Numbered from the stretch's first letter, positions 17,880 through 26,123 are shown. The stretch: DNA of 64,000 bases from Woeseiaceae bacterium (GCA_051007895.1 JBPCYD010000336.1:1194-65193); one strand, 5' to 3'. Notes: generated from the sequence alone by a model not told the origin. Numbers and translations: made by a program.

Positions 17880-19448
17880 ATGACGGAGACAAGACGAGGA
17901 CTTTTTGGATTACTAGCGATGCTCGCAACAATCACAAGTTTGCCTGCGACTGCTCAGACCATTGAGTCGCTAGTCATGCCGGACGAAGTTATCGCGGGGC
18001 ATGCAGACATCGAGACCGAATGCTCCTTGTGTCACAAGGCGTTCAATCGATCCGAACAGCGTGCTCTGTGCCTCGATTGCCACGAGTTGGTCGCTATCGA
18101 TATAGAGCTGAATCTCGGCTATCACGGCAGAGCCAGTGACGCTCGTGAAGATGAGTGCGCGTCCTGCCACACCGATCACGAAGGGCGAGATGCAGAGATT
18201 GTCATTCTCGACGAAGAAGCCTTTGACCACGACTTCACGGATTTCGAACTGTTGGGTGATCACGCTGAGGCCGAGTGTATCGATTGCCATGTGCAGGAAG
18301 ACAAGCATCGTGACGCTGCAACCGAATGCGGCACCTGTCACGCCGATGACAAGCCACATGCTGAAGATCCCGCGGAGTTATGCACCGACTGCCACAACGA
18401 GTCCGGGTGGGACGATGTTCATTTCGACCATGACACAACGGATTACGAGCTTATCGGGAAGCATGCGGAGACCGCCTGCATTGACTGCCATGAAGTCGAG
18501 AAATTTGCCGACACGCCCGACAACTGTTTCGCGTGTCACGCCGAAGACGATGAACATGATGGACGCAGCGGCGAGCAGTGCGAAAATTGCCACAACCCCA
18601 GCGCGTGGAACGATTCGAGTTTCGACCATGAGCGCGACACGGACTTTTCACTGGTGGGACGTCACGCTGAATTGAGCTGTGATGATTGCCACAGTGACGA
18701 TCCCTTCAGTGATGAGATGGAAATGGCCTGTGTCGGTTGTCACCTGGAAGATGACGAACATGATGGTCACAACGGGACCGCCTGCGCCGACTGCCATTCC
18801 AATGACGCATGGACTGACAGCCAGTTTGACCACGCACGAGACGCTGACTATGCGCTAAACGGCTCGCACGCCGGGGTGGTCTGTGTTGACTGCCATATTG
18901 AACCTGTCTTCGAAACTAAATTGGAGCAAGACTGCGTGTCCTGTCACCGGGACGACGATCCACACAATGGTTCGCAGGGAAACGCCTGCGCCGATTGCCA
19001 CAATGAAACACAGTGGGAAGACGTTCCGTTCTTCGACCACGACCTGACCCGATTTCCGCTGCTCGGCGAGCACGGCAACATTGAATGCGAAGATTGCCAC
19101 GAGACGAAAGTATTCTCGGAAACCGAATCTGAGTGTCTTAGCTGTCACGTTGAGGACGATCCGCACGATGGCGTTTACACCGTTGAGTGCGAATCGTGTC
19201 ATAACCCTGTCGCCTGGGATCTGTGGCTCTTCGACCACAACACGAACACCGATTTCCTGCTTGGCGGCGCGCACCTGGATGTCGAATGCAGCGACTGCCA
19301 CAGAAGCTCCCTCCAATCCATGCAAAAGATCGGTGCTCGCTGCATCGATTGTCATCGAGCGGATGACATCCACGATGGAGAGTTCGGGCCAGACTGTGGG
19401 CGCTGTCATAGCGACACAACGTTTGAAGAAGTGAGGTCATTGCAATGA
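17880..19448 (+). CDS. 21-heme c-type cytochrome made of 7 tandem triheme (c7/c3-like) modules
   Basis: I counted 21 CXXCH motifs in 522 aa. There is an N-terminal signal peptide (cleavage near ATA-QT). FDH anchors at aa 115, 182, 248, 316, 385 and 451 give a ~67-aa module period, and each module carries at least 3 extra His. Confidence 0.95.
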   Translation: MTETRRGLFGLLAMLATITSLPATAQTIESLVMPDEVIAGHADIETECSLCHKAFNRSEQRALCLDCHELVAIDIELNLGYHGRASDAREDECASCHTDHEGRDAEIVILDEEAFDHDFTDFELLGDHAEAECIDCHVQEDKHRDAATECGTCHADDKPHAEDPAELCTDCHNESGWDDVHFDHDTTDYELIGKHAETACIDCHEVEKFADTPDNCFACHAEDDEHDGRSGEQCENCHNPSAWNDSSFDHERDTDFSLVGRHAELSCDDCHSDDPFSDEMEMACVGCHLEDDEHDGHNGTACADCHSNDAWTDSQFDHARDADYALNGSHAGVVCVDCHIEPVFETKLEQDCVSCHRDDDPHNGSQGNACADCHNETQWEDVPFFDHDLTRFPLLGEHGNIECEDCHETKVFSETESECLSCHVEDDPHDGVYTVECESCHNPVAWDLWLFDHNTNTDFLLGGAHLDVECSDCHRSSLQSMQKIGARCIDCHRADDIHDGEFGPDCGRCHSDTTFEEVRSLQ

Positions 19449-22156
19449 CTTTTGCAGAAATAGGTTTAGCGAGAGCGTCAGCGCGAGCCGAACATTTTGG
19501 TGTCGTCCTGCTGATTGCTGCACTGATTGTCACGGTATTCCAGGCACCGGCACACGCACAACAATCATTCGACCACTTCAGTACCGGATTCATTCTGGAC
19601 GGAGCACATACCAACGTCACCTGTGAAGGATGTCACGTCAGTGCGGCGTTTGGCCCGACAGACCAGAGTTGTACCAGCTGCCATTCTCAGGGCGGACTGG
19701 TGCGGGCATCCGCAAAACCAGTCAATCATGTATTGACGTCCGGGGAGTGCTCCGATTGCCACGTCACTGCGAACTGGAGTGCCATAGCCTACATGGATCA
19801 TTCTTCGATCACCGGAAGCTGCGCCACCTGTCACAACGGGATCCAGTCGACCGGGAAGACCCTGGATCACGTATCGTCAGGCGACCAGTGCGATGACTGC
19901 CATACGACCACGGCCTGGCTACCTGCAGTATTTGATCATAGCGGCGTTGTCGGCAACTGCGTGAGCTGCCATAACGGACTCAGTGCGACTGGAAAACACC
20001 AGGCACATATTGCCAGTGGCAATACCTGTGAAAACTGTCACACGACCATCGGCTGGGTGCCGGCCAACTTCGATCATGTGAACGTCTTTGGCAACTGCGT
20101 CAGCTGCCACAATGGCACAGACGCCACCGGCAAGAATCCGACGCACATCCAGTCAACCAATGTCTGCGAGGATTGCCATAGCCCAACAGTATGGATTCCG
20201 CCAATTATGGTCGACCATACGCAGGTTATAGGCACCTGCGGCTCATGTCATGACGGCACAACGGCGACCGGCAAGCACCCGACCCATATCGCCAGCAGCG
20301 ACAGCTGCGATGATTGCCACAGCACGATTGGCTGGGTGCCTGTCAATTTCGATCACGCAAACATCACAGACAACTGCTTTAGCTGCCACAACGGGTCGGA
20401 AGCCATAGGCAAACACCCGCTTCACGTACAGACAACGAACGTCTGTGAAGACTGTCACAGCACAAATGTCTTCTCGCCGGTAACGACTGTTGACCATACC
20501 CAGGTCATAGGTAGCTGCGCCTCATGTCACAACGGCACAGACGCGATCGGCAAGAGCGCCGCTCACGTACGAACAACGGACGTTTGCGAAGACTGTCATA
20601 CGACGGTCGCATTCGTACCCGTAACCATTGTCGATCATACCCAGGTGCTGGGGAGCTGCGGCTCCTGCCACGACGGGGTTACCGCGACGGGCAAAAACCA
20701 GGGGCATATCGCCAGCGGCAACAACTGCGACGACTGCCACAGCACGGTCGGCTGGTTGCCGGCCAACTTCGACCACGTGAATATCATGGGAAATTGTATC
20801 AGCTGCCATAACGGTGTTGATGCAACCGGCAAGGGACCCGCACATATCCAAACTACGGATGTATGCGAAGACTGTCATTCAACGAACGTATTTACGCCGG
20901 CAATGATCGTTGATCACACGCAGGTGCTCGGCACGTGCAGCTCTTGCCACAACGGTACGACGGCGACCGGCAAGAACCAGGGGCATATCGCCAGCGGCGA
21001 TACCTGCGACGATTGTCACAGCACGTTTGGCTGGCTACCGGCAAATTTCAATCACCTGAATATCATGGGCAATTGCATAAGTTGCCACAACGGCACCGAG
21101 GCAACCGGCAAGAACGTCGGGCACATCAATACATCTGACGTCTGCGAAGACTGTCATGCGACCAATGTATTTGCGCCGGTGATGACGGTTGATCATACGC
21201 AGGTGCTCGGCACGTGCAGCTCATGCCACGACGGCCTCACCGCCGTTGGCAAACATCCAACGCATATTCCCAGCGGCAATACCTGCGACGACTGCCACAC
21301 AACCGCAGGCTGGCTGCCCGCGACGTTCGACCACGCAACCATTACGGGTGGCTGCGTCAATTGCCACAACGGCGCTGACGCAACCGGTAAGAATCCAACG
21401 CATCCATTGACCACAAATGTCTGCGAGGACTGCCACTCCACTAACGTGTTCGTGCCCGTTATTGTGGTTGACCACACCCAGGTGCTGGGCGCGTGCGGAT
21501 CGTGTCACGATGGGGTTACGGCGACGGGCAAGTCGCCGAATCACATTACGAGCGGCAACAACTGCGACGACTGCCACAGCACAGTTGGCTGGCTGCCGGC
21601 CAACTTCGACCACGTCAATATTGCGGGTAACTGCTTCAGCTGCCATAACGGCACGGACGCAACCGGCAAAAATCCGACGCACGTTCAAACAACCAACGTT
21701 TGTGAAGACTGCCACACGACTAATGTGTTCGCGCCGGTATTCACGGTTGACCACACCCAGGTCCTGGGATCTTGCTCGACCTGTCACAACGGCGTATCGG
21801 CAGCGGGCCAGAATGCCGGTCACTTTAACACCAACGTCGAATGTGACGTCTGCCATACGTCAAATGGATGGACACCTGCGGACTATCGACATGCGACCCT
21901 GCCGTATGAACCGCAGGACCATCGCGGCAACCTGCAGTGTACCGAATGTCATACGCAGAATTCGGAGTTGATCCCCTGGCAGAACGCTGCGTTCCAACCT
22001 GACTGCGCGGGCTGTCATGCGAATGACTACCGACCCAACAAACACGAAGCTGCAAACGGTGGCAATGAGACTGTAAGTCAGAATCGCGATTGCGCGGGTG
22101 CGTGTCATCAAAAGAACAGTTTCCACAGAATTTCGGACTCGGGTTGGGACAGATAG
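19445..22156 (+). CDS. 36-heme c-type cytochrome: 3 N-terminal hemes, 15 tandem diheme (paired-CXXCH) modules, 3 C-terminal hemes
   Basis: I counted 36 CXXCH motifs in 903 aa. Signal peptide ...APAHA-QQ. The repeated unit is (F/V)DH-x7-C-x2-CH-(N/D)G-x3-(T/I)GK-x3-H-x6-C-x-(D/N)-CH. The start is an ATGA overlap with the upstream stop. Confidence 0.95.
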   Translation: MTFAEIGLARASARAEHFGVVLLIAALIVTVFQAPAHAQQSFDHFSTGFILDGAHTNVTCEGCHVSAAFGPTDQSCTSCHSQGGLVRASAKPVNHVLTSGECSDCHVTANWSAIAYMDHSSITGSCATCHNGIQSTGKTLDHVSSGDQCDDCHTTTAWLPAVFDHSGVVGNCVSCHNGLSATGKHQAHIASGNTCENCHTTIGWVPANFDHVNVFGNCVSCHNGTDATGKNPTHIQSTNVCEDCHSPTVWIPPIMVDHTQVIGTCGSCHDGTTATGKHPTHIASSDSCDDCHSTIGWVPVNFDHANITDNCFSCHNGSEAIGKHPLHVQTTNVCEDCHSTNVFSPVTTVDHTQVIGSCASCHNGTDAIGKSAAHVRTTDVCEDCHTTVAFVPVTIVDHTQVLGSCGSCHDGVTATGKNQGHIASGNNCDDCHSTVGWLPANFDHVNIMGNCISCHNGVDATGKGPAHIQTTDVCEDCHSTNVFTPAMIVDHTQVLGTCSSCHNGTTATGKNQGHIASGDTCDDCHSTFGWLPANFNHLNIMGNCISCHNGTEATGKNVGHINTSDVCEDCHATNVFAPVMTVDHTQVLGTCSSCHDGLTAVGKHPTHIPSGNTCDDCHTTAGWLPATFDHATITGGCVNCHNGADATGKNPTHPLTTNVCEDCHSTNVFVPVIVVDHTQVLGACGSCHDGVTATGKSPNHITSGNNCDDCHSTVGWLPANFDHVNIAGNCFSCHNGTDATGKNPTHVQTTNVCEDCHTTNVFAPVFTVDHTQVLGSCSTCHNGVSAAGQNAGHFNTNVECDVCHTSNGWTPADYRHATLPYEPQDHRGNLQCTECHTQNSELIPWQNAAFQPDCAGCHANDYRPNKHEAANGGNETVSQNRDCAGACHQKNSFHRISDSGWDR
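19793..21874 (+). repeat. In-frame tandem coding repeat with 138-141-nt half-unit and 279-nt full unit (diheme and tetraheme modules)
   Basis: VDHTQV anchor codons start at 20210, 20489, 20630, 20909, 21188, 21467 and 21746, giving spacings of 279, 141, 279, 279, 279 and 279. The first 47 nt of the units at 20909 and 21188 differ at 3 positions. An identical 32-nt run occurs at 20714 and 21551. Confidence 0.9.
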
Positions 22157-22162
22157 TCATCA

Positions 22163-24619
22163 ATGAGTGCCTGCTTCCAAAAACCGATAGCACTGCTTTC
22201 GTTAGTCCTTCTTTCAGCAGGCACATTTGCCGCCCCTGGCTTTATTGTTGGTTCGAAGATTAGGGGAGGCACGAATGTTGCCGAGATTACGATTCAATTC
22301 GCCTGTGCGGTTGAGTATGTCGATCATTTTCCGGCCAACGAATCCGATCGAGTAAGAATTCAAATCGAATCGACGACGTTGTGTAACGGCGTCCCGCCGA
22401 CTGTTGCCTACGCGCGCGAGCAACATCGGCCCGCAGATGCGGAGATAGCAAAGCTGCTTGAAATCACTTACGACGGCGAATCCGAGACCGACCAGGCATT
22501 AACACTGGCTTTTAGCGAAACGGTCAGCTTTGGAATCGAACAGAACGGCACGTCGAGCGACATGGTTATTCGCGTTTATCCAAACAAAGAAACGCAAGTG
22601 AAACAGCCGATTCCCCGATCTACCTCCGTGCGCACCGTCCAGGACACCGCTGAACCGTCATCCTATGTGATTAACCTGTCATCCAGTCAGATTCCACATG
22701 CACCGTCCGAAATGCAGGCCGTTTCTGTTTCAGCCGAACTCAAGGTTTTCGAATCTGAGGTCTTGCTTGCAGGTTCTACCTGGTATCGGTTGCGAGTCGG
22801 AACTTTCGAAAGCACCGGGGATGCACAAACCGAGCTTCGCAAACTACGTGCTCAGTATCCCGCGGCCTGGATTGACCGCGCACCGGAGTCGACGAACGGT
22901 GAAATCGGCAATGAACTAGCGGAAAGCGAACCCTTGCTCAATGACGCCGGTGACGTCGCAGCGGCCTTCGCGACGATGGGGCTTGATCAGATCGACCAAC
23001 TGATGGTGGACGCTCGATTGGCAATGGTGGCAGGTGAGACGTCCCGGGCTATACAAATTTACACCAAGGTTTTGCGAGGCCCATCCAGCGACCGGCACGC
23101 GCAGGCACAGGAATACCTGGCACTGGCGCGGGAAAAGAACGGACAAAAGGCGCATGCCAGGTCTGAATACCAGCGCTATCTGCAGCTTTACCCGGACAAT
23201 GAAGGTACCGCCCGGGTGCAGCAACGCCTCGCAGCATTGCTGGCCAGCGAGCGTCAGGTGGTGTCCGCCCCGGCAAGCACGCCGGGGACCGCAACAACCG
23301 GCAGAAGATCTGTTCGCAACCCGAGCGCTTGGCGGTTTCAGACGTTCTTTTCCCAGTACTATCGACGCGACGTCAATCAGCCCAACGAACAGGCTGACAT
23401 TGTCAGTCAGTCGGCACTCTATTCCGACATCAATCTGGACATCAGGCGGCGCGGCCAGAGATTCGATTTCAGCAGCAGGCTTTCTGCCGGCTATCGCAAT
23501 GATTTTCTCGACGAAGATCAGGGCTCGGGCGACCAGGCACGGGTTTCATATGCATACGCTGATCTTGCCGACGCCGAAACGGGACTGCGGGGAAGAATAG
23601 GTCGACAATCCAGAAACACCGGTGGCATCCTGGGCCGATTCGATGGTCTGAACATTGGCTACCAGGCAAGTGAACGCATACTGGTCAACGCAGTTGCGGG
23701 AATTCCGGTCAATTCAGCGTCAGACAGTATCGACTCTGAACGCACTTTCCAGGGATTGAGCGTCAACTACGGTCCGCTGCTCGACAACCTCGAGTTGGGC
23801 GCGTATTTCATTAGCCAGAGTATCGAGGGCATTGAAGATAGAACCGCGACCGGCGCCGAGTTTCGCTACTTTGGCGAGAACCACAACCTCTGGGGTCTCG
23901 TTGATTACGATACTTCGTACAGCGAACTTGGCAGTGCATTCCTGCAGGGCAGCTGGCGAGTGACGCCACGTCTCAGTGTACACGGCTCGGTTGACCGGCG
24001 GCACACCCCGTACCTGAGTTCGCGTAACGCGATGATTGGGCAACCAGTGCAAACATTCGCCGAGATGCTCGTGCTGTACTCCGAGGCCGAGATTCATCAG
24101 TTCAGCATTGACCGCTCGCCGCTCAGCGAGTCGTACACGATCGGATTGTCGCAGTCGTTCTCGCCCAGGCTGCAAATCAATTTTGATGCCAATCAAACGA
24201 CGATCGACGCTACGCCGGAATCGGGGGGTGTGTTGGCGATTCCGGAATCGACGTTTCGGTATGTTGCGACCACGCTGGTAGCAAGCAGCCTGATCACGGA
24301 AGGCGATGTACTGATGGTTTCTCTCCGGGCGTCAGATTCAAATACGACGAAGGTCTCCTCAATGACCCTGGATACTCGTTTCCCTCTGGGCAGATCCTGG
24401 CGTGTCAATCCGCGCCTACGTGTTGATCGACGACAAATTCTGTCCGATTCGTCCATTGAGTGGTTGTATACGCCCGGCCTGCGAATACAGATTCGTAACA
24501 GCCAGCGGTACCGCATCGATCTTGAGGCAGGCAAGCGTTTCTCGGAGCGCGACTCCCCAATACTGAATCTGGATCGCGAATCGTATTTCGTCAACCTCGG
24601 CTACCAGGTGTTTTTTTGA
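22163..24619 (+). CDS. Large outer-membrane protein: signal peptide, N-terminal beta-rich domain, SPOR-like domain, TPR region, C-terminal beta-barrel
   Basis: Signal peptide LLSLVLLSAGTFAAP. SPOR-like YVINLSS...WYRLRVGTFESTGDAQTELRKLRAQYPAAWI (about 22658-22876). TPR-like helices at about 22985-23236. About 430 aa of alternating amphipathic strands end in the OMP beta-signal NLGYQVFF. The start lies 6 nt after the cytochrome stop. Confidence 0.75.
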   Translation: MSACFQKPIALLSLVLLSAGTFAAPGFIVGSKIRGGTNVAEITIQFACAVEYVDHFPANESDRVRIQIESTTLCNGVPPTVAYAREQHRPADAEIAKLLEITYDGESETDQALTLAFSETVSFGIEQNGTSSDMVIRVYPNKETQVKQPIPRSTSVRTVQDTAEPSSYVINLSSSQIPHAPSEMQAVSVSAELKVFESEVLLAGSTWYRLRVGTFESTGDAQTELRKLRAQYPAAWIDRAPESTNGEIGNELAESEPLLNDAGDVAAAFATMGLDQIDQLMVDARLAMVAGETSRAIQIYTKVLRGPSSDRHAQAQEYLALAREKNGQKAHARSEYQRYLQLYPDNEGTARVQQRLAALLASERQVVSAPASTPGTATTGRRSVRNPSAWRFQTFFSQYYRRDVNQPNEQADIVSQSALYSDINLDIRRRGQRFDFSSRLSAGYRNDFLDEDQGSGDQARVSYAYADLADAETGLRGRIGRQSRNTGGILGRFDGLNIGYQASERILVNAVAGIPVNSASDSIDSERTFQGLSVNYGPLLDNLELGAYFISQSIEGIEDRTATGAEFRYFGENHNLWGLVDYDTSYSELGSAFLQGSWRVTPRLSVHGSVDRRHTPYLSSRNAMIGQPVQTFAEMLVLYSEAEIHQFSIDRSPLSESYTIGLSQSFSPRLQINFDANQTTIDATPESGGVLAIPESTFRYVATTLVASSLITEGDVLMVSLRASDSNTTKVSSMTLDTRFPLGRSWRVNPRLRVDRRQILSDSSIEWLYTPGLRIQIRNSQRYRIDLEAGKRFSERDSPILNLDRESYFVNLGYQVFF

Positions 24620-25224
24620 TGATCATAAATGCCAAGATATTCAAGCGATCCGGCATGTCCGGGCTTATCGGGCTAGTCGTCGTTTGCATCCTGGCTGGAT
24701 GCGCGGCATCCGCTCCTGAGATCAGGAACAAACTGGATCCGTCAACCGGGGTAACGATTACCTACAGCAGCGTGCCGCTGATCATGTATCGGGAAGACCC
24801 GGCGCAGGCGGCGTTCGCACGAAATTACGTACACGTCGGCCCGATCCAGGTAAATCGAAGTGGCAACTATCAGTATTTTCTGTGGCTTGGCGTATGGAAC
24901 AATATGCAGGATCTCAATTCAACGTCGCATCGGGACGGACTCGGCTCAATCGTTATTTTCGCCGATGGCGAACCGCTTTCGCTCGAGATAAGCGGCTGGA
25001 CACCGGACGCCATCGGCACGAGTGAGCCCGTTTACCTGAAGCCGGTTGCGTCATCCGCCGACGCCTACTACCGGGTTACTGCGGACCAGATCAGACTAAT
25101 TGCAGAGGCCACAGATATTCGCTTACGAACCTCGGGTGCAAAACCTCGGGAATTCGAGCCATGGGACGGTCAATTGGCCGCGCGAAACGATTTGCAGGAA
25201 TTTTTGCGGCGGACTTTATTCTAG
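24619..25224 (+). CDS. Small lipoprotein of unknown function (last gene of the cytochrome operon)
   Basis: MIINAKIFKRSGMSGLIGLVVVCILAGC lipobox. The start overlaps the stop of the outer-membrane gene (TGATG). No family recognised. Confidence 0.6.
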   Translation: MIINAKIFKRSGMSGLIGLVVVCILAGCAASAPEIRNKLDPSTGVTITYSSVPLIMYREDPAQAAFARNYVHVGPIQVNRSGNYQYFLWLGVWNNMQDLNSTSHRDGLGSIVIFADGEPLSLEISGWTPDAIGTSEPVYLKPVASSADAYYRVTADQIRLIAEATDIRLRTSGAKPREFEPWDGQLAARNDLQEFLRRTLF

Positions 25225-25274
25225 ATCGTTCAATTGCGATACGATGCAGCATCATATTCGTAACGAGCGTGACT

Positions 25275-26123
25275 ATGTCCGGCGACAGAAAAAACTACCG
25301 ACCGATGGAGGATTCCATCCGGACCGATCTGCAGGGAAGTATGCGCTACGGCGACTACCTGCAGCTCGACAGGATCCTGCAATCTCAACAGCCGCTGTCG
25401 TCAGAACATGACGAAATGCTTTTCATTATCATCCACCAGGCGAGCGAACTCTGGTTGAAACAGGCCTGTTTCGAAATTGCTGCCGCTATCGGCAACGTTC
25501 AAAACTCTAATTTCCGGCACGCATTCAAGGTCATCTCGCGCGTCAAGCAAATTCTCAATCAAATGGTCCAGTCGTGGGGCATTCTCTCGACGCTTACGCC
25601 GGTCGACTATCACAGCTTTCGCGACCGCCTGGGCAGCGCCTCGGGATTTCAGTCATATGGCTATCGGAAACTCGAGTTTCTGTTGGGGAACAAGAACGCC
25701 GATATTCTCAAGGTTCATAGGGATACTGGATTCGCCTATGAAGAACTGGAACGGGTTCTGCATGAACCGTCGCTTTACGACGAGGTGATCAGAAAACTGC
25801 ACGAGGCCGGCTTCGACATCGATTCGACCGTAATCGAGCGCGATGTCACACTGCCATACGAGCCGAATGACTCCGTCAAACAGGCCTGGCTGACGATTTA
25901 CAAAAACGCGGACAAAAACTTCGAGTTTTATGAGTTGGCAGAGAAGCTGGTCGATATAGAGGACGCGTTTCAGCAATGGCGATTCAAGCACATGTACACG
26001 GTACAGCGCATAATCGGCCAGCAGGTCGGAACCGGGGGTTCTTCCGGTGTCAGTTTCCTGAAGAAGGCGCTGGATATCAGCTTTTTTCCTGAACTCCTTA
26101 GCCTGCGTTCAGAACTCCCCTGA
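25275..26123 (+). CDS. kynA: Tryptophan 2,3-dioxygenase
   Basis: YGDYLQLDRILQSQQP.S..HDEMLFIIIHQASELWLK and GSSGVSFLKK blocks match bacterial TDO. The ATG at 25275 is preferred over the track start at 25161. Confidence 0.85.
   Translation: MSGDRKNYRPMEDSIRTDLQGSMRYGDYLQLDRILQSQQPLSSEHDEMLFIIIHQASELWLKQACFEIAAAIGNVQNSNFRHAFKVISRVKQILNQMVQSWGILSTLTPVDYHSFRDRLGSASGFQSYGYRKLEFLLGNKNADILKVHRDTGFAYEELERVLHEPSLYDEVIRKLHEAGFDIDSTVIERDVTLPYEPNDSVKQAWLTIYKNADKNFEFYELAEKLVDIEDAFQQWRFKHMYTVQRIIGQQVGTGGSSGVSFLKKALDISFFPELLSLRSELP

Noticed and set aside
17880-17960. Tat-like T-R-R-G-L-F motif in the signal peptide of the 21-heme cytochrome
   Set aside because: c-type cytochromes receive heme in the periplasm after Sec export of the unfolded apoprotein, so Tat export of a 21-heme protein is implausible. 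An RR pair in the n-region is common in Sec signals. Only a predictor or experiment could settle it.
18855-21856. Long antisense ORFs inside the cytochrome genes (for example 18855-19409, 20522-20878 and 21221-21856 on the minus strand)
   Set aside because: These are shadow ORFs created by the GC-rich, repetitive, stop-poor reverse frames. Their translations are low-complexity Val/Ala/Arg strings with no motifs, whereas the plus-strand frames carry dozens of perfect CXXCH motifs.
19793-21874. Regular ~140/279-nt periodic repeat that could be mistaken for a CRISPR array or satellite DNA
   Set aside because: The repeats are in frame within one long ORF and each encodes CXXCH heme-binding modules. 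There is no short invariant repeat alternating with unique spacers. It is a protein-domain array.
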